A DNA stretch of 64,000 nucleotides. Origin: Aquabacterium sp. (GTDB taxonomy: Bacteria > Pseudomonadota > Gammaproteobacteria > Burkholderiales > Burkholderiaceae_C). Position numbers and translations under genes: made by a program. Shown piece by piece: positions 17,129 to 31,027 of this stretch; position 1 is the stretch's first letter, and each line of letters opens with the position of its first letter. The notes beneath the pieces are model-generated. The model ran no database searches and had not been told where the DNA came from. It worked only from the letters and a program-made list of their open reading frames with translations. The DNA lies in the NCBI GenBank assembly GCA_044377715.1, contig JBILYN010000001.1:13892-77891 (forward strand), in the 5' to 3' direction.

Positions 17129-18117
17129 TTCAGGAAAGCGTCGACCAGTGTCTTGCCTTCCGGACCGGCTTTTTCAAGCCACTCCTTGAGCATGGTGTCG
17201 CCGACCTTCTTCATGTCGGCCTTGAGCTGCGTCGAGGGCGGCAGGATCGTCATGCCGTTCTTCTTCAGCAGGTCCAGGTATTCACCGTTCTTGACCTTGG
17301 ACACGGCCCAACCGCGGGTCTCGGCATCGGCGCCGGCCTTGAGCAGCGCGGCTTGGGTCGGTTTGTCCAGCGCGTCGAATGCGGCCTTGTTGACCAGCAC
17401 CGCGTTCTTCGGCAGCCAAGCCTGGGTGTCGACAAAGTATTTCAGGTGTTCGAAGGTCTTGGTATCTAAGCCGGTCGAACCCGATGACATGTAGCTCTCG
17501 ATCACGCCGGTGGCCATGGCCTGGCTCAGTTCGGCCGCCTGCACGGTGACCGGCTGTGCACCCACCAGTTCGGCGATGCGCGAGGTGCTGGGGCTGTAGG
17601 CGCGCCATTTCACGCCCTTCAGGTCGGCCGCGCTGTTGATCGGTTTCTTGGCGTAGATGCCTTGCGGCGGCCAAGCCACCGAATACAGCATCAGCATGCC
17701 TTGCTCTGCCAGCTTCTTCTCGAGCAGTGGCTTTTGCACCTTGTAGAGCTTGGCCGCCTCGTCGTAGCTGTCGGCCAGGAAAGGCAGGCCGTCGGCGGCG
17801 TAGATCGGCCATTCGTTGCTGAAATTGGCGAGCAAGATCTCACCGATCTGTGCCTGCCCGCCTTGCACCGCGCGCTTGATCTCGGTGGCCTTGAACAGCG
17901 ATGCGTTGGCATGCACGGTGATCTTGAGCTTGCCGCCGCTGGCCTTGTCGACATCGGCGGCGAATTGCGTCAGGTTCTCGGTGTGGAAGTTGCTCGCCGC
18001 GTAGCCCGCTGGCAAGTCCCATTTGGTCTGTGCCTGCGCACTGGACAGGCTGGCGGCGACCAGGCCGACAACGGTGACCGTCGCTGCGGCGGTTTGGGTG
18101 AGGAATCGCTTGAACAT
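17125..18117 (-). CDS. dctP: TRAP substrate-binding protein, similar to pyroglutamate-binding DctP6/DctP7 of Bordetella
   Basis: TKWDLP, ASLFKATEIKRAVQGGQAQIGEILL, YSVAWPPQG, DLKGVKWRAYS, MSSGSTG, AWLPKNAV. Confidence 0.9.
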   Translation of the reverse strand: MFKRFLTQTAAATVTVVGLVAASLSSAQAQTKWDLPAGYAASNFHTENLTQFAADVDKASGGKLKITVHANASLFKATEIKRAVQGGQAQIGEILLANFSNEWPIYAADGLPFLADSYDEAAKLYKVQKPLLEKKLAEQGMLMLYSVAWPPQGIYAKKPINSAADLKGVKWRAYSPSTSRIAELVGAQPVTVQAAELSQAMATGVIESYMSSGSTGLDTKTFEHLKYFVDTQAWLPKNAVLVNKAAFDALDKPTQAALLKAGADAETRGWAVSKVKNGEYLDLLKKNGMTILPPSTQLKADMKKVGDTMLKEWLEKAGPEGKTLVDAFLK

Positions 18118-18275
18118 CTGTGGGCTCCTGGGCAGTCTGAGGGTGTCGAGGATAACGTCTGCTAGGCAGCATGCCATGGTCTATGTGCTGAATCCAAGCA
18201 AGACCCTGGCCAAGGCCTGGGTGGCCGATACTGCAAGTCTTCCACCGGAGCGGGCTGACGGGCCCGATCAGATTG

Positions 18276-22027
<3,752 letters not shown>

Positions 22028-22031
<4 letters not shown>

Positions 22032-22678
22032 ACAAAATCTTGCTCACCGGCTTCGAGCCTTTCGGCGGCGAAATGGTCAACCCGTCCTGGGAGGTGGCCT
22101 CGGCGCTGGACGGCGAGGTGATCGGCGGCGCGACGGTGGTGGCGGTGCAGCTGCCCTGCGTGTTCGCGTTGGCGCTGGGCGCACTGGACGCCGCGCGACA
22201 GGCACATCAAGCGCGCTGGGTGCTCGCGCTGGGCCTGGCGGGCAGCCGCTCATTGATCAGCGTCGAGCGCGTGGCGGTCAACCTGGTCGATGCCCGCATC
22301 CCCGACAACGCCGGCGCCCAACCGGTCGACGAGCCGGTGCTTGCGGGGGGCCCGGCAGCCTACTTCACCGGCTTGCCGGCCAAGGCCATCGTCGCTGGCC
22401 TGCAGCAGGCCGGCTACCGTGCCGAGCTGTCGCACACGGCCGGCAGCTTTGTTTGCAACCAGGTGTTCTACGGTCTGATGCACGCGCTGTCGCTTGGCGC
22501 CGGGTCCGGCGTCAGGGGCGGCTTCATCCACCTGCCGCCGCTGCCCGAGCAGGCCGACTGCCATCTGCAGTCCAGGCCGATGGCGCTGGACGAACAGGTC
22601 GCTGCGCTGCGGCTGGCGGTCAAGATGCTGGTGGCCGACACGCCTGAGCTGCATGTCGTGGGCGGACGCATCGACTGA
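22028..22678 (+). CDS. pcp: Pyroglutamyl-peptidase I (C15 family)
   Basis: [41 protein letters not shown] (catalytic Cys), GFIHLP. ATGA overlap with the oxoprolinase gene. Confidence 0.95.
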
Positions 22679-22851
22679 CCGGGCGATCTTCAGGCGCTGC
22701 GGCGCTTGGCCCGCGGCGCATGGCCCGCGCCGGCGCAGCAGCGGGTATTCACCCGAGATCGAGGCGGCGAACAATGGCATGATGATCCGTGGATAGGCTG
22801 TTGGCCGGTCTTGCTTTCCCCATCCGCTACATCTAGCCCTTTCGACAACCG

Positions 22852-23616
22852 ATGCCCACCTTTGCCTGCTACCCCAGCCTGCAAGATCGAACAGTGCTTG
22901 TCACCGGCGGCGCCACAGGCATTGGGGCTGCGCTGGTCGAACAATTTGCTCGGCAGGGCGCGCGCGTAGGGTTCATCGACATCGATGAAAGCTCGGCCGC
23001 AGGTCTGGTGACGCGGCTTGAAAATTCACGGCATGCGCCGGTATTTTCTGCCGCAGACCTGACCGACATCGGCGCGCTCGACGCTGCGATTGCAAGGCTT
23101 CGCGGCCAGATCGGACCGATCGCCGCACTGATCAACAACGCTGCCAACGACCAACGCCACGCCATCGATGCGACCACGCCAGAAAGCTGGGACGCCGGCA
23201 TGGCGGTAAATCTCAAGCACCAATTTTTCGCGGCAAAGAACGTCGCTGCCGACATGAAAGCAGCGGGCGCCGGGTCGATCGTCAACCTTGGTTCGGTCAG
23301 CTGGATGCTCAAACAAGGCGGCATGCCCGTGTACACCACGGCCAAAGCCGCTGTGCAAGGCCTGACCCGCAGCCTGGCGCGAGACTTCGGACCCTTCGGC
23401 ATCCGCGTCAACACCTTGGTGCCGGGTTGGGTGATGACCGACAGGCAACTGCGCTTGTGGGTCGATGACCAGGCGCGCGCCAGGATAGCGCGCGGTCAGT
23501 GCCTCGCGCGCCCGCTGATGCCTGACGACATCGCACGCATGGCCTTGTTTCTCAGCGCCGACGACAGTGCGATGTGCACGGCGCAGGACTTTGTCGTCGA
23601 TGGTGGCTGGGTCTGA
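22852..23616 (+). CDS. SDR, NAD-dependent D-xylose/aldose 1-dehydrogenase-like
   Basis: YPSLQDRTVLVTGGATGIG, LINNAANDQRH, YTTAKAAV, IRVNTLVPGWVMTDRQ. Resembles Caulobacter XylB-type dehydrogenases as recalled. Confidence 0.75.
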   Translation: MPTFACYPSLQDRTVLVTGGATGIGAALVEQFARQGARVGFIDIDESSAAGLVTRLENSRHAPVFSAADLTDIGALDAAIARLRGQIGPIAALINNAANDQRHAIDATTPESWDAGMAVNLKHQFFAAKNVAADMKAAGAGSIVNLGSVSWMLKQGGMPVYTTAKAAVQGLTRSLARDFGPFGIRVNTLVPGWVMTDRQLRLWVDDQARARIARGQCLARPLMPDDIARMALFLSADDSAMCTAQDFVVDGGWV

Positions 23617-23690
23617 GAGCGGCATCGCCGCTGCGATTCAGTTCTGCGGCACCCTTTCCGCTGCCCGTCAACCCCAACCCAAAGGCCGCC

Positions 23691-23849
23691 ATGCGCAGCT
23701 TCAAGAGCTTGCTGTTTGCCCTTTCTACCCTGCCGCTGGCGAGCGGCGCACAGGCTCAGGAACTGGCGATCGACACCTTCTGTGATGCCGACCCGCATCG
23801 CGGTGTCGACGGCGTGTGGGACAACTCGCTGGCGGTAGCCACTCTATGA
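23691..23849 (+). CDS. 52-aa ORF with a signal peptide (small secreted protein or truncated gene)
   Basis: MRSFKSLLFALSTLPLASGAQA|QELAIDTFCD...; AAAGG upstream; stop overlaps the next ATG (ATGA). Confidence 0.45.
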   Translation: MRSFKSLLFALSTLPLASGAQAQELAIDTFCDADPHRGVDGVWDNSLAVATL

Positions 23850-24748
23850 CTTCCAAATCTATGACTGCCAAATGGCGACTCGGCTTCATCGGCCTGGGTG
23901 TGATGGGCGAACCCATCTGCCGCAACCTGGCCCGCAAGTCAGGTCTGACGATGCAGGCTTACGACATCGACGGCGCTGCGCTGGCGCGTCTGGCGGCCGA
24001 CGCGGTCACTGGCGCCGGATCGATCGCCGAGTTGATGGCTTGCTGCGATATCGTGTTTCTCTCGCTGCCCTCCGGCGAGGTGGTGCAGCAAATCTCGCTG
24101 CAAGCAGGCGGCCTGCTCGAGGCTGCGCGCAGCGGGCAGGTGATCGTCGACCTGAGCACCTCGGCGGTCGACACGACGCGCGAATTGGCTCAGCGCTTCG
24201 CAGCCAAAGGTCTTGTGTTTGTCGATGCGCCGGTGGCACGAACCCGTGCCGCAGCCGAAGCCGGCACGCTGTCGGTGATGGTCGGCGCCGAGCCGGCAGT
24301 CTTCGATCGCTTGCGCGCTTTGCTGGCCACTTTCGCGAGCGACATCACGCTGTGCGGGCCGGTCGGTTGCGGGCAGGTCGTGAAGATTCTCAACAACATG
24401 GTGTTGTTCGAAACCGTGGTCGCGATCTGCGAGGCCAAGGCGATTGGCGAACGCGCTGGCGTCGATACCACGCTGCTGTTCGACACCTTGACCAAGGGTT
24501 CGGCCGACAGCTTCGCGCTGCGCAACCACGGCATCAAGGCGGTGTTGCCAGGCGAATTCCCGCAGCGCGCTTTCTCGGTCCGCTACGCCCGCAAAGACTT
24601 GGCCTATGCGCTGAAACTGGCTGCGGCCACAGGTGTCGATGCACGCGCCGCGCACACGGTTGACGATTGGTTCGGGCAGGCGATCGACGCCGGTCTGGGC
24701 GACGATTACCACCCGGTCATCAGCCGCCTGATCGGCGCTGCGCGATGA
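23846..24748 (+). CDS. NAD(P)-dependent oxidoreductase, 3-hydroxyisobutyrate dehydrogenase/tartronate semialdehyde reductase family
   Basis: LGFIGLGVMGEPI, IVDLST, FVDAPV, GTLSVMVG, GQVVKILNN (catalytic Lys), KDLAYA. Confidence 0.9.
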   Translation: MTSKSMTAKWRLGFIGLGVMGEPICRNLARKSGLTMQAYDIDGAALARLAADAVTGAGSIAELMACCDIVFLSLPSGEVVQQISLQAGGLLEAARSGQVIVDLSTSAVDTTRELAQRFAAKGLVFVDAPVARTRAAAEAGTLSVMVGAEPAVFDRLRALLATFASDITLCGPVGCGQVVKILNNMVLFETVVAICEAKAIGERAGVDTTLLFDTLTKGSADSFALRNHGIKAVLPGEFPQRAFSVRYARKDLAYALKLAAATGVDARAAHTVDDWFGQAIDAGLGDDYHPVISRLIGAAR

Positions 24749-24808
24749 GTTCCATACCATCCATCGGCCTGGGTCACCTGGACGGTCGACAGTCAACAAG
24801 GAGTCACC

Positions 24809-25615
24809 ATGCGCCATGACGATCCGGGCGAGTGCTACGAGGTTCATGCGGTCAGGTACGCGAACATGCCGCGCCGGCGGCGCGACAACTTCATGTCGGC
24901 AGATGATCACGATGGCCCGATGCCGATGGACTTCTTCGTCTGGCTGCTGAAATCGCCCAAGCGCACGATCCTGGTCGATACCGGCTTCAATGCGCAGACG
25001 GCCGAGCGCCGCCAGCGCCAACTGCTGCGTTGCCCGATCGACGCGTTGCGCCTGCTCGGGGTCGACCCTGATTCGATCCAGGATGTCGTGCTGACCCACC
25101 TGCACTACGACCATGCGGGCAACATCGCGAAGCTGCCGCAAGCGCGCTTTCACGTGCAGGACAACGAGCTCGAATACGCTACCGGCCGCTGCATGTGCCA
25201 CCCGATGCTGCGCCACGCCTATGGCGTCGATGAGGTGGTCGAACTGGTCCGCAAGGTCTACGCCGATCGGGTGGTTTTCCATGCCGGCGACGCGGTGCTG
25301 GCGCCCGGTGTCGAACTGATGCTGATCGGCGGGCACACGCGCGGCCTGCAAGCGGTGCGCGTGTTCACGCAGCGCGGCTGGGTGGTGCTGGCGTCAGACG
25401 CGAGCCATTACTACGAGAACATGGCTGAGGCGAGGCCGTTTCCGATCGTCTTCAATGTCGCCGACATGCTCGAGGGCTACCGCCGCCTGCATGCGGCGGC
25501 AGACTCGCCCCAGCATGTCGTGCCTGGTCACGACCCGGACGTGCTGCGGCGCTATCCACGGCTCGCCAGTGACCCGATCGGCACCGCGATCCTGCACCTG
25601 GCGCCGACTGAATAG
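24809..25615 (+). CDS. Metallo-beta-lactamase-fold lactonase (N-acyl-homoserine lactonase family)
   Basis: ILVDTGF, THLHYDHAG (HxHxDH), GGHTRG, LASDASH, VPGHDP. Confidence 0.87.
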   Translation: MRHDDPGECYEVHAVRYANMPRRRRDNFMSADDHDGPMPMDFFVWLLKSPKRTILVDTGFNAQTAERRQRQLLRCPIDALRLLGVDPDSIQDVVLTHLHYDHAGNIAKLPQARFHVQDNELEYATGRCMCHPMLRHAYGVDEVVELVRKVYADRVVFHAGDAVLAPGVELMLIGGHTRGLQAVRVFTQRGWVVLASDASHYYENMAEARPFPIVFNVADMLEGYRRLHAAADSPQHVVPGHDPDVLRRYPRLASDPIGTAILHLAPTE

Positions 25616-25677
25616 CGCGCTGTTGGCCGCCCGAGCAGTTTGGCGGCGATCTCGTCGGGGTGCATCGCGGGCGCGGG

Positions 25678-26046
25678 TCAGCGCGGGAAATCGGTCGGCT
25701 GCAGCACGATGGGCTGGCCGTGTGGCGTGCGGTCAGCGGCCTGGTCCCAGGCCTGCGCGCAGCGTGCGAGTTCGGCTGCGTTGGTCGCACCCTTGTCGGC
25801 GACCAGGGTCTCGAGTGCCGCGAGCCAATGCTGGTAATAGCTGTCGCCGAGGTCGGCGTCGCCACCGGCTTGCGCCGTGGCGATCTGTGCCGAGAGCGCC
25901 GCAGCCCATTCGGGCCAGCTGAACAGGCCGCGCTGGTGCAGTTGCAGCGTCATCGCGAAAGCCTGGGCCTGCCAGGGTTCGGCAAACACCGGCGCGTCGC
26001 CCGGCGGCAGGGCCGGGTCGTCGGGGCGACAGGGCAGGGCGCTCAT
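25678..26046 (-). CDS. Nitrile hydratase accessory protein
   Basis: PVFAEPWQAQAFA, FSWPEW, YYQHWLAALE, RTPHGQPI; coupled to nthB. Confidence 0.9.
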   Translation of the reverse strand: MSALPCRPDDPALPPGDAPVFAEPWQAQAFAMTLQLHQRGLFSWPEWAAALSAQIATAQAGGDADLGDSYYQHWLAALETLVADKGATNAAELARCAQAWDQAADRTPHGQPIVLQPTDFPR

Positions 26047-26720
26047 GCGGACGCCTCTGCGACGACGGCTTCAAGACAGCTTTCCCAGATGTCGATCGAC
26101 ACCTGCAGGCCGGGCTCAGCATCAGCACCCCATAGCGTGCTGCCATCGAACACCACGCCGTAAAGCCATTGCGGCTGCTCGCCCAGGCCTTGCGCGTGGG
26201 TGTCGGCAAACACATGGGTGCCGTGTACCCGCTCGATGCGACCAGGTTTGCCGCGCGCATAAGCCGGCAGCCGGCTGTGATGGTCGGGGACTTGCGAGCT
26301 CGCCGTCACTGCATCGCCGACCGCAAACCGCGCTGGCGCGGCGGCGGGCCGCTCGGTCGGTGATCCCTTGGCCAGCGCTGCAGCGACTTGCTCGGCCGCC
26401 AGCCTTCGAGGCAGCGGCAAGCTCGGATGCAGCGCATGGCCCGCGGCCAGCTCGTCGGCGCTGACCAGGCCTCGATCGGCCAGCAGGCGCTGCAGTCCGG
26501 CCAGCCAGATCCGGTAGTAATCGAGCTCGCCATAGTCGGCCAGGGTTTCACGCGCTGCGCGGCTCTGGTCGATGTTCCAGGCACCGGTCGCGCCCACCGC
26601 CAGCGTCAGCGCGAGCACCCGCGGTTCCCAGCGCGCATGCCAGAGTTCGCCTTCGGGCTCTGGCCTGACCGCGCCATGGCCTGGCCGGCCGCCCAGGTCG
26701 GCATGGGTTTGGTAGCTCAT
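26043..26720 (-). CDS. nthB: Nitrile hydratase beta subunit
   Basis: [50 protein letters not shown]; ATGA overlap with nthA. Confidence 0.92.
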   Translation of the reverse strand: MSYQTHADLGGRPGHGAVRPEPEGELWHARWEPRVLALTLAVGATGAWNIDQSRAARETLADYGELDYYRIWLAGLQRLLADRGLVSADELAAGHALHPSLPLPRRLAAEQVAAALAKGSPTERPAAAPARFAVGDAVTASSQVPDHHSRLPAYARGKPGRIERVHGTHVFADTHAQGLGEQPQWLYGVVFDGSTLWGADAEPGLQVSIDIWESCLEAVVAEASA

Positions 26721-27394
26721 GCAGAGGCTCCTGCATGGGCCACTGCCGGTAGCGATCCTGGCAGCATCGCCAGCCCGGTGCCAATCATCGAGTCGCGCGT
26801 GACCAGATCGGCCAGGCCGGCTTCGTCCAGGCTGTCGCTGCCTGCGGGTCGTTGCGGGATCACCAGGTAGCGAACTTCCGCCGTCGAGTCCCAGACCCGG
26901 ATCGAGGTGTCGGCCGGCAGGCTGACGCCGAAATCGGCCAGCACGCCGCGCGGATCCTTGACCGCTCGCGACCGGTAGGGCGCGCTCTTGTACCAGGTCG
27001 GCGGCAGGCCCAGCACTGGCCAGGGGTAGCAGCTGCACAGCGTGCAGACCACCAGGTTGTGTTGCGCCGGCGTGTTGAACACCGCGACCATATGCTCGCC
27101 TTGGCGCCCGGTGTAGCCCAGCGACGCGATCGCCGCGCTGGCGTCGCGCAGCAGCCAATCCCTGAAGCCTGCGTCAGCCCAGGCCTTGGCGACCACGCGC
27201 GCGCCGTTGCGCGGCCCGATCCGGGTCTGGTAGGTGTCGATCAGCACGTCGAGCGCAGCCGGGTCGATGTAGCCCTTCTCGGTCAGCACGGTCTCTAGCG
27301 CGCGCACCCGCAAGTCCATCGGGCCGAGTTCGCTGTGCTCGTGCTCGTGGTGATGGTCGTGATCGTGATCGTGATCGTGGTCGTCGTGGTTCAT
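26717..27394 (-). CDS. nthA: Nitrile hydratase alpha subunit, cobalt type, with His/Asp-rich N-terminus
   Basis: [22 protein letters not shown] (CTLCSC marks the Co type), [24 protein letters not shown]; RBS AGGAGG. Confidence 0.96.
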   Translation of the reverse strand: MNHDDHDHDHDHDHHHEHEHSELGPMDLRVRALETVLTEKGYIDPAALDVLIDTYQTRIGPRNGARVVAKAWADAGFRDWLLRDASAAIASLGYTGRQGEHMVAVFNTPAQHNLVVCTLCSCYPWPVLGLPPTWYKSAPYRSRAVKDPRGVLADFGVSLPADTSIRVWDSTAEVRYLVIPQRPAGSDSLDEAGLADLVTRDSMIGTGLAMLPGSLPAVAHAGASA

Positions 27395-27431
27395 CGCATC
27401 CTCCTGGTGGACTTGTCGGTCGGGCCTGGCC

Positions 27432-29180
27432 TCACAGCGCGGCTTCGACCACCATCTGCAGCCGTTGCTGGCCCTGGAACTCATTGAGGTTGAGCCGGTA
27501 GGCCAGCCGCACCCTAGGTGCTACAGGCTCGACATGGCTGAACCAGATCGCGTCGCGCAGCTGTCCGGCATGGCGCAGCCGCAGCTTCAGGTGCTTCTCG
27601 CCGACCAGGCGTTGGGTCAGCACATCGACCTCGTCGCAGAATAGCGGGGCCTCAAAACCCTGGCCCCAGACCTGGGCATCGAGCTGGGCCACGGTCGCAG
27701 CGTTGAAGTACTCCAGCCCGAGCGGGCCGTCGGTGGCCAGGCAGCGGTTCAAGGCCTCGGGCTGCAGCCACTCGGTGGCAACTTGCTGCAGCGCGGTGGC
27801 GAAAGTGGCCAGGTTGGCTTCGTCCAGCGTGCAGCCCGCGGCCATCGCGTGGCCGCCAAAGCGGCGCAGCACGCCGGGGTGGCGTTTGCTGACCAGGTCT
27901 AGCGCATCGCGCAGGTGAAAGCCGGCGATCGACCGGCCCGAGCCCTTGAGCAGCCCGTCCTGGCCGCGCGCCAGCACGAAGGTCGGCCGATGCAACTGGT
28001 CTTTGAGCCTGCCCGCGACGATGCCGACCACGCCTTCGTGAAACTCGGGGTCAAACAGCACCAGCGCTGGCGGTGTGGCGCCGCTGTCGACTTGTCGCGC
28101 CAGCAATTGCTCGAGCAGCAGTTCGGCTTGCTGGCGCATGTCGGCCTCGACGACGCGGCGCTCGCGGTTGATCGCGTCAAGCTGGCCGGCCAGTTCGGCC
28201 GCCCGCGTGGGGTCGTCGGTGCTCAGGCATTCGATGCCCAAGGTCATGTCCGACAGTCGGCCCGCGGCGTTGATTCGCGGCCCCAGCGCAAAGCCGAAAT
28301 CAAAGCCCGCGGCTTGCTCGAAGGACCTGCCCGCGGCAACAAACAGCGCGGCCACGCCGGCCTGCATCCGGCCGGCCCGCACCCGCTTCAGGCCTTGGGC
28401 GACCAGCCTGCGGTTGTTGCCGTCGAGCTTGACCACATCGGCCACCGTGCCGAGCGCGACCAGGTCTAGCAGCGCGTCGAGCCTGGGCTGCGAAGCGGCG
28501 TCGTACAGCCCGCGGCTGCGCTGTTCGGCACGCAGCGCCAGCAGCACGTAGAACATCACGCCGACGCCGGCCAGTGACTTGCTCTCGAAGCCGCAGCCGG
28601 GCTGCGAGGGGTTGACGATCACGTCGGCATCCGGCAACTCGATCGCGCCGTCGGCGCCCAGCGCAGGCAAATGGTGGTCGGTGACGAGCACGCGCAGCCC
28701 CAGCGCACGGGCATGGGCCACGCCGGCGATGCTGGCGATGCCGTTGTCCACCGTCACCAGCAGTGCCGGTGGCTTGCCTGGCTGCCTGGCGATGGCCAGG
28801 TCGACGATCGCCGGTGTCAGGCCATAGCCGTGCACCGCCCGGTCGGGCACGACATAGCCGACGCTGGCCGGCGCGGCGCCCAGCATCACCAGCCCGCGCA
28901 GCGCCACGGCGCAGGCGGTCGCGCCGTCGCAGTCGTAGTCGGCGACGATGCAGATGCGCTGGCGCGCGGCGATCGCATCGGCCAGCAGCACGCCAGCCTC
29001 GACCGCGCCTTTCAGGCCTGAAGGCGCCAGCAGCCGGTTCAGCCCATCGTCGAGCTCGGCCACTGACTTGACCCCGCGGGCCGCGAACAGCCTGGCCAGC
29101 AGCGGGTGCACACCGGCTTGCTCGAGCGCGAAAGCCGCTCTCGGCGGCACGTCGCGAACGCTCAGCGACGGCGCGCTCAC
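27432..29180 (-). CDS. recJ: Single-stranded-DNA-specific exonuclease RecJ
   Basis: [24 protein letters not shown] (DHH), [26 protein letters not shown] start overlaps the upstream TGA. Confidence 0.96.
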   Translation of the reverse strand: MSAPSLSVRDVPPRAAFALEQAGVHPLLARLFAARGVKSVAELDDGLNRLLAPSGLKGAVEAGVLLADAIAARQRICIVADYDCDGATACAVALRGLVMLGAAPASVGYVVPDRAVHGYGLTPAIVDLAIARQPGKPPALLVTVDNGIASIAGVAHARALGLRVLVTDHHLPALGADGAIELPDADVIVNPSQPGCGFESKSLAGVGVMFYVLLALRAEQRSRGLYDAASQPRLDALLDLVALGTVADVVKLDGNNRRLVAQGLKRVRAGRMQAGVAALFVAAGRSFEQAAGFDFGFALGPRINAAGRLSDMTLGIECLSTDDPTRAAELAGQLDAINRERRVVEADMRQQAELLLEQLLARQVDSGATPPALVLFDPEFHEGVVGIVAGRLKDQLHRPTFVLARGQDGLLKGSGRSIAGFHLRDALDLVSKRHPGVLRRFGGHAMAAGCTLDEANLATFATALQQVATEWLQPEALNRCLATDGPLGLEYFNAATVAQLDAQVWGQGFEAPLFCDEVDVLTQRLVGEKHLKLRLRHAGQLRDAIWFSHVEPVAPRVRLAYRLNLNEFQGQQRLQMVVEAAL

Positions 29181-30130
29181 AGCCCGCCCAGCAGGCCGTG
29201 CAGCGCGGGCTTGCGCCAGCGCGCCGACAACGCCTGCCACCATGGGCGGTCTTGGTGCGCCAGCGTCAGCGCGCAGCGCTCGCCGCACAGCGTCAGCCGC
29301 GCCGACGTCGGGTCGCTGGCCAGCGCAGCGACAGGCCCGGCGTCAAGCGCGCGCCAGGCCTCGCACCAGGCGGCCCAGTCCTCAGACAAGGCCGGCCCGC
29401 GCAGCCTGTCGTCGACCTGTGCAGCGCCGTCAGGCGCAGCGGCATGGGCCGGCAAGCTGCCGCAGCCGCTGAGCCAGAAAGAGTTGACCGTCGGCAGGCC
29501 TGCGGCCTCGCGCCGGTCGTTGACGCTGTGGGTGTAGAGCACCATCTGGACCTCGTTCTGCAGCCGCCGGATCAGCCGCGCGGCGCGCAAGTCGGGCAGC
29601 CAGGGGTTGACGTTGCGGCCGATCACCCGGTCCAGCGAGGCGCTGGTCATCGCATCGAACAGCGGATGGCTTGCCAGCCACTGCAGCGGTGCGGACCAGT
29701 GCAGCGTGAAGCCCTCGGACTCGAACAGCGGGCGGACGATCTCGAGCAGTTCGCGCGATCCGGCGTCGTCCAGCGCCAGCGCGTCGGGGTCGGTCAGGCT
29801 GATACCTTCGCTGCTGACCTGCAGGTGCACCGGCGTCAGCAGTCCCCAGGCCGCGTGCTTGTCGGGCGGTGCCTGCAGGCCGAGCGCGGCGGCGCGGGCC
29901 GCAGCAAACGGCAGGGCAGCATCGGCCAGGCTGGCGAGGCCATCGCCCCAGCCGCTGGCCTGGGCCAGCGCCTGCTCGTGCGGGGTGTTCAGGCTGAACT
30001 CGTCGCTGCCCAGCGCGGGCCCGGGCGACAAGCGGGCCAGCAGTTGCTCGAGGTGGGGCAGCGCGAGCGATTGCAGGGCTTGCTGGCCGGCCTCCGAGAC
30101 GGTGCCGGCGAAGGGGACGATGAGGTGCAT
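29177..30130 (-). CDS. Conserved protein upstream of recJ (phosphoglycerate-mutase-like, uncharacterised)
   Basis: 317 aa. LLTPVHLQV, SLDRVIGRN, RRLQNEVQMVLY, VNSFWLSGCG. Family and synteny recognised from memory. Confidence 0.7.
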   Translation of the reverse strand: MHLIVPFAGTVSEAGQQALQSLALPHLEQLLARLSPGPALGSDEFSLNTPHEQALAQASGWGDGLASLADAALPFAAARAAALGLQAPPDKHAAWGLLTPVHLQVSSEGISLTDPDALALDDAGSRELLEIVRPLFESEGFTLHWSAPLQWLASHPLFDAMTSASLDRVIGRNVNPWLPDLRAARLIRRLQNEVQMVLYTHSVNDRREAAGLPTVNSFWLSGCGSLPAHAAAPDGAAQVDDRLRGPALSEDWAAWCEAWRALDAGPVAALASDPTSARLTLCGERCALTLAHQDRPWWQALSARWRKPALHGLLGGL

Positions 30131-30169
30131 GTGGCGGTCATTATCCGGGCCCGACCGAGACGGCCAGGG

Positions 30170-31027
30170 TCAGCCCTTCGGTGCAAACGCCTGGTTCAAT
30201 GCATTGAGATCGAACCCGTTCACCCCAGGATGACCGGTGGCGTAGCAATACAGTGCTGCGGCATAAATGCCACCCAGCGCCGCATGCGCCAGCGCGGTCG
30301 TGACCAGCGCCACCAGCCAGGCCAGGAAACCCAGGCCGATCGCGATGGCGCCGGCGCCCGACGAAACAATGGCGTACACCATCGAAAAGCCGATCAGCAC
30401 GACCAAAAGATAGAGCAATCCAAAGACGGCACCGATGCCCGCCTGGCCGGCGATGTTCTCGCCCCAGGTTTTCTTCAAGATGGTCGCGCTTTCCTTGATC
30501 GCATCAATCGGCCCGATATCGCGCGTGACCAGGACCGGTACCACCAGGTAGGTCGCCACCGTCCAGCCGGCACCGAGCATGCTGACGATCAGCCGCCCGA
30601 GGACCTCGACGCGCTCCTGGATCGCCCGCAGGACCATGCCCACTGTCGCTGCGATGACCGCGTAGCCCAGGATGCTGCCGAGCTTGGTGTTGGCGACCCG
30701 CAGGCCATCACTGAGCGTCGGGTCGCCGCCACTGAAGCGGATCATCGCCGCAGCGACCAGCGCGACATTGAAATAGAACATCACGAAGTACAGGCAGACG
30801 TAGAACGCGAACCCGGCCAGCAGCGCAGAGGCTGACAGCAGGTTGCCGGTACCGCCCGACAGGTGACCGAGAGCATTCAGGCCAAAGACCGGCAGCGCAA
30901 ACGAGGCCATCACGGCCAGCGCGGCCAACCCCGAGATCAATGGAAACAACAACAGCTCCGGGTCTGCCCTGAGCACGTTCGTGCTCGCTTTGACCAAGTG
31001 CCAGCTTCTGACCAAGCGGTCGAACAT
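30170..31027 (-). CDS. Multi-pass membrane protein (DUF6159-like)
   Basis: MFDRLVRSWHLVKASTNVLRADPELLLFP, WTVATYLVVPVLV, DAIKESATILKKTWGE; RBS AGGAGG. Confidence 0.7.
   Translation of the reverse strand: MFDRLVRSWHLVKASTNVLRADPELLLFPLISGLAALAVMASFALPVFGLNALGHLSGGTGNLLSASALLAGFAFYVCLYFVMFYFNVALVAAAMIRFSGGDPTLSDGLRVANTKLGSILGYAVIAATVGMVLRAIQERVEVLGRLIVSMLGAGWTVATYLVVPVLVTRDIGPIDAIKESATILKKTWGENIAGQAGIGAVFGLLYLLVVLIGFSMVYAIVSSGAGAIAIGLGFLAWLVALVTTALAHAALGGIYAAALYCYATGHPGVNGFDLNALNQAFAPKG

Noticed and set aside
24809-25615. Calling the MBL lactonase a quorum-quenching enzyme
   Set aside because: The motifs support only family membership; no luxI/luxR context, and neighbouring genes are catabolic.
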